Positions 25,238 to 36,878 of a DNA stretch of 64,000 bases are shown here, one piece after another. Where the stretch lies: positions 94,676,001 to 94,740,000 of the forward strand of contig NC_045697.1 in the NCBI RefSeq assembly GCF_009834535.1, in the 5' to 3' direction. Position numbers and translations under genes: made by a program. Each line of letters begins with the position of its first letter. Position 1 is the first letter of the stretch. Under the pieces are notes generated by a model, which saw nothing but the letters and a program-made list of their open reading frames with translations, had not been told where the DNA came from and did not search any database. The DNA comes from Camelus ferus. Lineage: Eukaryota.

Positions 25238-28200
25238 TTCAAGTAGCCATGTGGACCCAGGGACAGTCATTCAAAGGGACACCAGTCATCCTTGATGACA
25301 AGAGCCCCAAATATGTATCTTTGCCCTTCCCACTGGAAGGAAATGATGGAAGTCGGGGAGGAGACTTTTCACAGACCCAAGCACATCAGCCAACCCTACA
25401 AAAGTGAAAATTTCTAAAAAAATAAACTTGCTTGTTTGCTCTGTTTTCTGTAACTTTTGCTAAATACTTTATACATTTTTAATGTTAAAAAGCTGTGTTT
25501 CCTGCCAGCATTCCTCATCCTGATATGAATGTGTTTATCCACACTGTATATCCTTCCATCCCCTGGTTGCCTAGATCAGTAATAAAATTGATGTACTATA
25601 ATATGTAAGTAAAACTATTGAAACTTGGATCCCTATAGAGGCTGTAATCTGCCCTTCCCCCTACCCTCCCCTTTACTGCACTCCAGAGTTTAGCAAAAGC
25701 TTATAACACGAAAGCACAACACAGCACAAAGACACAAAAATTCTCTTCTCAGAATGTTGTATCCATTTAACAAATGTTTGTGCTAACTGCCAGATTTAGC
25801 TTTGAATATGTGAATAATTGTTCCTTAGTGCCAGTTCCCTAAACCTGAAGTGGTATTGACTCCATCTCAGATTTACTGAGTAAGATCATGGATGGTTCAT
25901 GATAGTAACAGGATTTCCAAGTAGCTCCTTTATGGTGGGAAGAAGAAATCAAATAAATGTATACTGATTCGTGACATGAAGCACTGAAGCGTTGCTGCTG
26001 ACTGTTAGAAATTGACAACAATCAATCAGTTTGACAAGCAGCAATTAAAAACAAGGTAGCTGTAATTGAAGAACTATGTCAACCAGCTTGTAAGTGAAGG
26101 GGCAGAGGCACAAATAGTGACAAGATCTAAAAACACTGAATCTTTTCATTAATCAAAGGGCAGACTTCATAACTATAGTCTGTAATGAGCCTTCCAAATA
26201 ATGTCTTTTTTATTGTTCAGGTAACATCTAATCCAAAAATTACGGATATATGTAGAGTTATACATAATTAGAGTGCAAAGCTATGCTTTACAAGCAATGT
26301 TCTGTGGGCTTACCCTTCATTCTTTTAAAACAATTCTAGAAACAAGGGAGCTATGGTGTGAAAATGTTCAAACAATTTTGTATAGCATTTGTGCAGCTTG
26401 AAAAATTAGATGTCTTAAGAATGCAGGGCGCTTCTTATAAGGCACAGTGCATTGTCAATCACAGTAAAAGGAAAATTGTAAATTGTGTAGAGTGATGCAT
26501 TTAAAAAGGAAGTCTAACATGTTTACACACTGTGCCAATTTTATTCTTCAGTTTATAAGAATGTTAAAAAGAGAGGTAAAGATAATGTTAGTAGCAAAAA
26601 TAATTATAGGTTATTTTAGTGTTTCTTCTGGAGTTTAAAATAACTTTTAGGGACTGAAGTCCATGGTGAAATTAAAATAGCCACATATTAAGGAATCAGT
26701 TTTATGTGTCATTTCTCTTTTATCATTTATACATAGGTAAAACAAGGTGGTGTAAGGCACACTATAATGACTTTCAGCCACATTGACTTTACTGCTTTTA
26801 CAACTGTAATGCTTAATAACAAAGGGGAGAGAATGTTAATCACATGTCAGCTGCTTTACATAAGAGCAGAAACATGTAGGAATTTTTAAAATAAAACTGA
26901 GTATTTCAAACCCTGATAAACAGTGTTGATATATAATTTAGAGGGTTAAGACAGTAGCAATATCTACAATATCTGCTTGTATTTATTTGCAAAGACAATT
27001 ATGTGCCAATTCAACATGCAGGCGTTTAGAGTAGTCTGTGTTGAGCATCATTTTAGACAATGAAACGCACTTGCAAATTAACTGGATGGCATTAGTGGAT
27101 GGTGTGTGGCCAATGATCATTAAAAATAAAGTAAGTCCTTAGGAAAAATTAGATTAAGCTAGGATGTGACCCAGATTTTCTAAATCTGATTTGTGACATT
27201 CTGCCCATTCTGCTTCACTATATGATAATTAGTTCCTTCATAAATATTTTAAAAACTTTTACATTGTAAAACAAACAAGCATAGATTTGAAATTAGGATG
27301 GGTGGATTTTATTCTTTAAAAAGAGAGTTAGAATAAAGTCATTAACTGCATCCATTGTAGAAGCAGGGAATGTGCCAATGGGAAATCACATTGTCATGAG
27401 TGTACAGTAACATTTTGAGTTATATATTTTCCCGAAGATGGGAGATTATGAAACCATTCAAACCATGGATGGTCCAAGATATGCAGCCCCAAAAGAATAG
27501 TGCCCCTAAATCACGGGCAGAGGATACAAACTATTTCTTATGATTTTGTTTTTTTGAGCTGTTGCTGGTTGAAAACAGAGATGGTAGGCAAAAGACATCC
27601 TCAGTAATGAAGCTACTCAAAACTGAAAGGTTAAACTGGGAGGAAAAGTAAAAGAAAAAAAAAAAAAGTCCTGCAATTTTAGTTTCTCCTATCTTGATGG
27701 GCAATAGTTTTCCAAGATGAAAAAGAAAAAAAAAAATTCCAACTTAACATTCCTCCATAAGAGAAATTATTTGAAAAATAATTATTCAATTAATTAAATA
27801 CAAGGCAATGATATTAAATCTTGCTCAATTAGTATGCCCTACACACAGTTAAATCTTCAACATCTGGTGAATTTGGAGGTAGATAATCTCCACAATTAAA
27901 GTAACTATGGTTCTGTTATTAAATTTTTACAAGTTTTCCACTCAATGGTTAGACCCTGACCTGAAAACAATCAAGCCTTATTCATTTATGTTATCTTCCT
28001 CTTCCTAAATTCACTGCACAAATGCCCAATTTTTACTTTTATTTTTCCCATGTTTCCCTGTTTTTACAAATACCAGCCACTAGGATGATGGAGAGGTTGA
28101 GAGCTTTTCCTTTAAATCCCATAAAGGCCATGTCAAAAGGTCATCAGAAATGAGAAATACAGGCACACTCTGAAATATGGAACAGCATACTGCTAACATG

Positions 28201-28784
28201 CTCTGATAGACACATCAGAAAATATCTCATACATGCAAATGGCATTCCAGAACAAAAGACTGTCACTTCTTTCTTTGAAAAATAGCTGTCTAGCTTATCT
28301 GTCTTTCCTCACCCACACAATTGCCTTCATAAAAGTAGAAGATACACAATATGGATTGAAAGGCACATTTCATGTTTATGCAAAAGAAAAAAGTGAATTT
28401 ATAAAAATAAATATAGTGATGTAAATAAGTAAAAAAAAATGCCTATATGCAACATGAAGCTCTCAGATATATCAAGTGAAATAAGTAGTTCCAAGTTTTT
28501 CAGAGATTTGTAGTTCTTATCAAGTAGCAAAAACAGATCATTTATTTTTGAAACACTATGAGTTTTTAAAGACAATAACCACAAAACCCAGATTTACTAA
28601 TAATTCAAAAAGATCTCTTTTGGCTATTCTTTGGTAGGGGTGAAAGTGTGAGGAATAAGGAAAGTCATCCAGCATGAGGTAATGAAAGGAGAAGGGGCAT
28701 ATTTTATTCAGGGAAGAGATGTCTAAGCATCATAATCTATGTGAACAGTGTGAAAATTATTCATAAAAAATGTCAATTACTTTG

Positions 28785-29150
28785 TGTGATACCTAATTTT
28801 ATGTGTCAACTTGGCCAGGTCAAAGGATGACCAGCTATTTGATCAAAAACTATTCTGTGGGGATGTTGGGGATGAGATTAATCTTTGAATAAGTAAACAA
28901 ACTGAGTAAAGCTGATTGCTGTTCTTAATGAGGGTGGGCCTCATCCAATCAGTTGAAGGCCTGAATAGAATATCTGGTTGACTCTCCTGTGAGTAATAGA
29001 GAACTCCTCCTACCTGACTACCTTGAGCTAAGACATTGGATTTTTCCTGCTTTTGGTCTCAAACTCTAGCATCAGCTCTTGGGTCTCAAGCCTGCCAAGT
29101 CTTGAGCTGAAACCCCCATAACTGCACAAACCAATTCTTTATATATATAT
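28785..29150 (+). mobile_element. MLT2D-like ERVL LTR lacking its extreme 3' end
   Basis: tgtgatacctaattttatgtgtcaacttg...gggtgggcctcatccaatcagttgaaggcctgaatagaa...ccaattctttatatatat. Confidence 0.88.
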
Positions 29151-29879
29151 TTGAGAGAGATCATTGATTATTTGTACACAGAGATATCATTAATACCAAG
29201 TGATCATTGGTTTAAGAAATACATAAACTGTCAGGGTATTTAAAAAGTAAGTGACTTAGTCTCTCTAATATGGGCACACAAAAATACCTCTAACTGCATC
29301 ATCAGGAATTCCTTTAGCAGGAATGTTTGATACAGACCTGGAAAACTTATGAATGAAGAGAAAGTAAGATTAAAAAAAAAATGGCAAGGTAGCATAATGC
29401 TGTTGTAAGAGCTCTTCTCTTAACATATTTATATATAACTGACTCAACTTGTCTTTCCCAACCCTGTGGAGGCTTAGGTGTCGGGCCTTGTCTATTCTAG
29501 TCAATGACTCTCTATTTACAAGTCTAACACAATTTTTATTGGCACAGTTCATTGATCTCCTTACATAGAGTAGGAGTCAGGCTAACCATAAAAGGCCACA
29601 AATGTCTTGATACCTCAAAAACTACACACATAAATAAATAAGATTCATGAAGTTTATTTCTCCCAAAAGATGAACTATAAAACTCCAGATTTGTAAGACA
29701 AATTATATTGTACTAAAGCATACATGGCACTGAGACTACAATATTCTTATGTAAATGGAAAATAACTAAAAATTATCTCATAGAAAGCTATACACATAAA
29801 TATCAGATTACTCTAAAGGAACAATGTTGGCTGACATAGCTGCATGACACTGGAAAATACTAATACTTGAATGTTTCAG

Positions 29880-31613
29880 ATATAAGAAATAGCAACCTTT
29901 ATTTTGTGAATACTGACATACTGATTCTAAAGTTTATAGGAAAGGCATAAGATGCAGACTATCCAACACAACATGAGAGGAGAAGAACAAAGTTGGAGGA
30001 CGGACACTGCTCAACTTCAAGCTTTATTATAAAGCTAAAGCAATTAAAGCAGTGTGGTACAGGCAAAGGAGTAGACAAATAGAACAATACAACAGCACAG
30101 AGTCTAGAAATAGACCCACATAAATATAGTCAATGACCTTTGACAAAAAGAGCAAAGGTAATGCAATGGAGCAAAGATAGTCTCTTCAACAAGTGATACT
30201 GGAATAAATGGACATCCAAATGCAAAAAATAAATAAGTAGATAATGACTCTGAACATGGACCTAACACCCTTAACAAAAATTAACTCAAAATGGATCACA
30301 GACCTAAATGTAAAATGTAAATCTATAAATCTCCTAGAAGATAACTTAGGAGAAAAGCTAATGGCCTTAAGCATAGTGTTTACTTTTTAGATACAACAGC
30401 AAAGACACAAACTATGAAAGAAATAATTGATAAACTGGACTTCACTAAAATTAGAAACTTCTGCTTTGTGAAAGATGATGTTAAGAAAACAAGAAGACAA
30501 GTAACAGGCTGGGAGGAAATATTGGTGAATGACACATCTGATAAAGGACTATTACCCAAAATATATAAAGGATTTTTAAAATTCAACATTAAGAGAACAA
30601 TCTGATTTTAAAAGAGTCAAATACTTTAATGGACACCTCATCACAGAAGACATACAAATGGCAAATAAGTATATGAAAAGATGCTATACATCATGTATCA
30701 TTAGGGAAATGAAAATCAAAATAACAATGAGATACCACCACACTCCTGTTAGAATGGACAATTCCAGAACACTGACAGCACCAAATGCTGGTAAGGATGT
30801 GGGTAGACATCACACCTGGTACACTGTTGGTGGGAATGCACAATGGTACAGCCAGAGTAGAAGACTGTTTTGTGGTTTCTTAAAAAGCTAACATACTCTT
30901 ACCACACAATCCAGCAGTCATACTCCTTGATATTTACCCAAAAGAGTTGAATGTGTATGTCTACACAAAAACCTGCACATGGATGTTTATAGCAAGCTTT
31001 ATTCATATTTGCCAAAACTTGGAAGCAACTAAGATGCTTTTAGGTAGGTGAGTGGATAAACTGTGGTAGATTCAGACAATGGAATATTATTCAGCACTAA
31101 AAAAGAAATGAGCTATTAGGCTACGAAAAGACATGAAGCAAACTTAAATGCATACTACTAAGTGAAAGAAGCCCATCTGAACAGGCTACATATTATATGA
31201 TTCCAACTGTATGACATTCCAGAAAAGGCAGAACTGTGGAGACAGTAAAAATATCAGTGATGATAAAGAAAAAAAATGGGAGGATGAATGGGCAGAGCAT
31301 GGAGGATTCTTAGGGCAGTGAAAATACTCTAAAGGAAATTATAATGATGGATATATGTCATTATACATTTTCCAAACCCACAGAGTGCATAACACTGTGA
31401 CCCCTATGGTAAGCTATGAACTTTGGGAGATTCTGATGTGTTAATATAGGTTCACCCTTGTTAAAAAATGCACCTTTCTGATGAATTATGTTGATTATGG
31501 GGGAGGCTGTGCAAGTAGGAGCGTGGGTCAGGGGTAAATAGGAAATCTCTCTTATCTTCCTCCTAATCTTGTTATAAAATTAAAACTGCTCTAAAAAATA
31601 AACTTTAAAAAAA
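29880..31613 (+). mobile_element. L1MC1-like element: ORF2 C-terminus and complete 3' UTR
   Basis: ORF track MKEIIDKLDFTKIRNFC and [33 protein letters not shown] (L1 ORF2 C-terminal region); 3' UTR tagggcagtgaaaatactct...aaaactgctctaaaaaataaa plus A tail. Confidence 0.93.
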
Positions 31614-32169
31614 AGAGATAACTTTCAAATCTTCCTAAAGAAGGCAGTACAAACTGATTATCACAGATCATCTGAAAATAATTATTTACTAACTAAAAAT
31701 AAACTTGAATGAAGAATAAAATTAAAATGTTAAGATGATCTTTACACATTCTTAAGTTTATACGAAAATCATAAAACTGGGGACACTGTGCAATATTTCT
31801 AAAGTATTTCCACTCATTATCTATCCCTGTATGCAATACTCTTTCTGAAACACCATGGAGGACTAAGCAAACACTGACTCCACAATAAAGAAAAGACAAT
31901 CAGTATTTCCTTAGAGTTGGCTTTTTTGTATTTTCTGATTTTGTTTGTTATCTGTTATTATGGGGTTGGAAAACCCAAGAGATCCTGCTACCTGGGAAAA
32001 AAATGTGTTTTCTCTAAGATTTATAAAATTATGGGTAGTTTACCTACAATATGAGTACTAATTTGAAAATATTTTCCTAAGATCTATGATGCACCAGTAG
32101 AAATTCTGAATATTTGTTATGTTTATGATGCTCCTACACACAAGCATGCTCCAAAACCCTTACTTGACT

Positions 32170-32490
32170 GATGTGGAGAATTTACTGAGTACAGGATTTG
32201 CTTACTGATTTAGAGAAGAAATCTTTTCCTGCTAGGTGTTGGGCTTTGCTCTCAGTGTGGAGCTTAACTTTCTAGAAGGAAAGGAAGAAAATAAACAGAC
32301 AAATATATACTATACTGCTAGGTGTGGTACAGAAGAGCGAGCAGCAAGGTAAAGGGATAGGGAGAGGCAGTAAGGTGTCTTATTTAATAACCAGGGAAGA
32401 TCATCTTTGGTGGTGACATTGAAAGGTACTGAGAGAGGGAGTGGAAATAGAATTTCAAACAAATGCCTTGAGGTGAAAACAATTTGGTGC
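32170..32490 (-). mobile_element. L2 3' fragment
   Basis: atttactgagtac...gctaggtgttggg...gtggagcttaactttctag...ggtggtgacattgaa. Confidence 0.55.
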
Positions 32491-32768
32491 TCTGAGGCTC
32501 ACAGCTTTTCTACGAGTTTCTTTAAGCAAAAGGTAAAAGAATTCAACTTATTAAACAGCTTTAAGAGCATAGCTAAGATGCAGCAAAGGAGTACATTGTC
32601 TGCAGTTGCTTGATTTTTTCATATGCAAGTTAAGGGCTTCCCTTGTCTAGAGAATTATCTCTTTTGAAGACCAGTTGGACAAATTACAGATTTTTACCTG
32701 TCAAAAGAAATCCATGGTCAAAAGAAAGACCAAGGTCTAGTTGCTTCTTACAGCCACTGACAGTTTTA

Positions 32769-32806
32769 TGTGTGTGTGTGTGTGTGTGTGTGTGTCTGTG
32801 TGTGCG
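32769..32806. repeat. (TG)n microsatellite
   Basis: Read directly. Confidence 0.95.
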
Positions 32807-33614
32807 CGAGTGCATGCACTTCTATTTTGCCCCAAACCTCATTTGCAGAATTCTACTTCAGTCCTTGGGGCATAAAGGAGTCTGCTCTTCTATGCTAAGT
32901 CATGTGAGTTTTCTGACTTACATGTGCATTGTCACACTCTCTGCCCATCTCCCCAAACAGCAGATGTGATCAACCCTGAGCCTGGACAGGAACCAGCACC
33001 CTCCTCCATCTCACCAAGTTCTTTCCAGGTGTCATTACCCTTCGGTCTGATGCACAACACTAATAATTAGCTCTAAAACGCAGACATGAAAGAATCTTTT
33101 GAAATCATCTTTGTATTACAAATAAGTAGAGCTTCCTTGTATTCTAAAGTTAGAGGTTTGGCCTTGTTTTACTTTCATTTGCCATTTATTGCAGCTACAT
33201 CTCCTTATAATGTGAATACCAGTCTACAACTGTTGATCTCTACTCAATATTGTCATCCTTCCTATCATTAATTTGTGTTGCAGTGAGCCTCAAAATTGTG
33301 GACAGATTCCACTTTATGCCATCCCAATAAGAAGGGTCTTCTGAGGCAAAGTCAAGCCAGCCTAGCTGCCCTGGAATAAACTATCCAGATAAAAGGCCAG
33401 GAGTGAAGTAGAGTGCGAACAAAAAAAGGTCCCTGGCCCGCCCTATCTAAACTTTTATCCCTGCCCCCACACTTCTACTTCCTTTCCTTTCTCTTCTTAA
33501 TCACTATTGCACATTTCCTCTCTCTTGAACCTTCATTATCGCTCCTCTTTTATTCCCTTACCTCTCTCTCTTTTGCCCATTCTTTCTTTCCCTCTTTCTC
33601 TCTTTCATCTGCCT

Positions 33615-33722
33615 TCTCCACTAGATTGTAAGCTCCCAAGAAAATGTTTTGTGTGTGTGTGGTTTTTTTTCCTGGTGTCGTATCTCCAGGGTCTAGGACA
33701 GTGCCTGACTCAATAAATGGAT
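33615..33722 (+). mobile_element. L2 3' end
   Basis: ccactagattgtaagctccc...gtatctccagggtctaggacagtgcctgactcaataaat. Confidence 0.75.
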
Positions 33723-34849
33723 AAAATTTACAAAGTGAATCAATTGAAGACCATCTAGAAGTCCTATCAAGTGACTGCACAGCCACGCTATGCAAGGTTG
33801 TCCATCTGCTACATGCAAAGCTTGTCCTTGTTTGTTGAAGTTGTGGTTCAATGATGATAGTGTTCTCTAGGCAAAAGCTCTCCCTGAGCAGGGCTGCCTT
33901 GTTAGCTCTTTGATATTCCCAGTACACTGCAGTGGGGGACATTTGAAACTCACTGAATGGAAAACTATAAATATCTAAAGACACTCTTCTTTACCTGAAA
34001 TGGTAAAATTCGTTGCCAAAGGCAAAACTTGTCTGAATTCATCCACTCAGACAAGTCTTTCCTCCTTGAAGACATCCTTTTATAGACTTCCTATATGGAA
34101 ATACAGATTTCCTATATGTTCACCTATGAACAGCTTTCTGAAGGAGTAGCTATAGAAACAGGACTTACAGATAACTCTGACAAGCTGCATTAATCACCGT
34201 TACTCATATGTGTGGGTGAGCACCTAGGTTCACTGAAACAAGGCCAGATCTGTGATGACACCAGTGGTTCTGGGGCAAGTACTCAACCCTCTCAGCTTTT
34301 CTAGAGCATGGAATTCTTTGCACCTTCCAAAGTGAAGGCATTTATTGGTATGGCCAGAAGATGCCCTTCACCTCTCCTGGTGGAAAAAAAATTGGTGAGT
34401 GGAAGGGAAGATACACTTAGCTATTCTCAAAATTTAGACCAAAATTTATTTTCTATTTAAATAGATTCAGTGGCTTAAGGTAAACATTTAGGGTTTATCT
34501 GTCATTATTACCTTTTCCCACTTCCTCCTTAGCAATTCCTGTGTGTATGTATATATATTTTTTCTCTGTATTTGCTGATATTAGCCACATCTCTCATAGT
34601 AAAAAATCATCTCATGTAATAGGGTGACTATTCACAAAGATATCAAGTACTTCAGATCCAGCAATACCTCTGGCACCACTCCCCTTCGTATTTACCACCA
34701 TCCAGTCTAGTGGTCATCATCTTAAGTAATATTTCAACCTAATGGAGATTCCTCTTCCTGACCCCTTCTTACACTTCATTTTAAACTCCAGGCTTCCCCT
34801 TCATATTTGTAGGACACAGGACTGAATTACAAATACAAGTCTCACCTTG

Positions 34850-35460
34850 GAGTTCACCAAATTATGAAGATAAGGGCACATCCTCCAGGCAGCAAGGTCT
34901 GCCAAAGACTACTAACCCCAGCTGCAAGGAGTAAAGCTTCAACCACGTAGTTAGAGGAGAGTCCACAAAAGGTCACTCTAACTTCTGACACCAACTTCAA
35001 GTTTTGAAGTTTCCTAAATACACTCTTAATGATTTACTAGTAAGTCTTAGAACACTCAACTCATTGAAACCTATCATACTCACATTTATATTTATTAGAG
35101 GGAAAATATACACTGAATTTAGCCATGGAAAGACACATAGGGAAGAATCCAGAAGGATTCCAAATGGAAGTTATCATTGTCTTCAAGATACCTTACTCCT
35201 GGCATTGATGTGTGACAATATCCACGAAAAATTTTCAATCTCAGAAACTCATTTTGAGCCAAGATGTCCAGCATTTTTATTGAAGCCTCATTTCATAGGC
35301 ATGGTTGATGGCCCACATGATGAACTCAGACTCCAGTGCTCTCTCTCCTGGTGGAGGGGCTGATATCACTTAGCCCAGAGCCTACACCCTAAATCATATG
35401 GTTGGCCATCTCTCACTCTTAGACTATTTGGTGTGGTTGGCCATACCCCAGTCAGATCTA
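34850..35460 (-). mobile_element. MER21C/MER77/MER68-like LTR
   Basis: acttctgacaccaac, tatcatactcac...tttatt, gacacatagggaagaatccagaaggattccaaatggaag and accctaaatcatatggttgg. Confidence 0.7.
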
Positions 35461-36619
35461 AGAATGATGATGATTAGAAATGAAAATTTTTTTCAGTTGG
35501 GTCAATATTAACTGAGGAGATATCCTTAAGGGTTTGCCGGTATACTGATCTCAGGACTAAGAAGCCACTATCAATCTGCAAGATTATTTGAGACTGGGAT
35601 GCACCTGGTATTTAGAGCTGGGGTTATGGGTGAAAAACTAGTTCCTAGTGTCCTGAAATATCAACAAACATAGTAGAAATGGCAAGATATATCAATACTA
35701 AGGTTTTCAGCATTTTCGTGTTTCATAGAGTACAAAATTTATTCTATTGTTAGCTGTAGGCAATTTCTTTGAGATAAAACTGCCATAATGGACCTTTACT
35801 TAGACAAAGTTCAACAACTACCATTTAGCTGAATTACAAGATTTAGAGACACAGCAGTTTCAAGGAGTTGGAAAAATACTGTTTTGAGAGAAAGAGAGGC
35901 ATATAGGTAAACTGAATTGTATTTGAAAAAACATGTGCTATAATTAGAGGTAAGAGGCACTGGTGGAACAGCATGATCAGTACTCAAAATCTGGCCTCGA
36001 AGTTGGATTTCCCTACTTTGGTTAGAGGACTAATGGTCAGATGTTGACAGAGGCACTAGTGCTGGCTTCATAGGCACAAACACTGCAGTCTTTTTCATAT
36101 ACCAAATCACAATTTACCTTTCTTTGTTATATATAAGATGTACATTCTCTAGATTTTTTTTACTATAATAACATTTTATAAAATTTTACTATAACATGGA
36201 TGGAACCACTAATGAAGATGCTATATATATATATATATAGAAATTTGTATTCATATATCTATTAGGACATGTGTATAGAAGTTTACTCACTCAGTAAAAG
36301 AATGGGTGTTGTCTTAACACTTTATTATGCTCCTGGATAGAATGTCAACTGGTACTGACATTTTAAGTGAAATATGACCAGTATGTCCAAAATGTAGCAC
36401 GAGTTTCTCACATCAGGCCATGGTACTCTTCTCTTTCAGCCATGAATGTAACATTCCACTTCAACACTCATAAATGTCAATATATAGTACTCAAAGTTAT
36501 AAACTTTTCATCTTCCTGAATTTTTTTATCACTTTCATTTTATTCTTATAATTGGAATGTCTTTGATTACTAAGAGATTTTTCTCTTTTTATACACATAA
36601 TGGCTATTTGTATTTCTTC

Positions 36620-36878
36620 TTTTTCATTGAAGCATAATGGATATATAACATTATATTAATTTTAGGCCTACAGCATACTGATTTGACATTTGCATATACT
36701 GTGAAATGACCACCGCAATAAGTCTTGTTAACATCTGTTCTCTTACATAGTTACAGATTTTTTTTTTCTTATGATGAGGACTTTTAAGATTTACTCTCTT
36801 AGCAACTTTCAAATATGTAATACAGTATTACTAACCAGAGTCACCATGTGGTACATTACATCCCCACGGCTTATTTAA
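36620..36878 (-). mobile_element. L1MA9-like 3' UTR end
   Basis: ttaagatttactctcttagcaactttcaaatatg...gtcaccatgtggtacattacatcccc. Confidence 0.85.

Noticed and set aside
27046..27136. ttttag|ACAATGAAACGC...AATAAA|GTAAGT as a coding exon (MKRTCKFNWMALVDGVWPMIIKNK)
   Set aside because: Very weak polypyrimidine tract and no recognisable peptide; kept only as part of the candidate conserved block.
30414..30891. ORFs with real protein similarity (also 38258-38473 and 45726-46037)
   Set aside because: Broken L1 ORF2 fragments; annotated as mobile elements rather than host CDS.
33550..33984. 144-aa minus-strand ORF
   Set aside because: Its C-terminal part reads through an L2 end and a CT-rich tract; no domain similarity.
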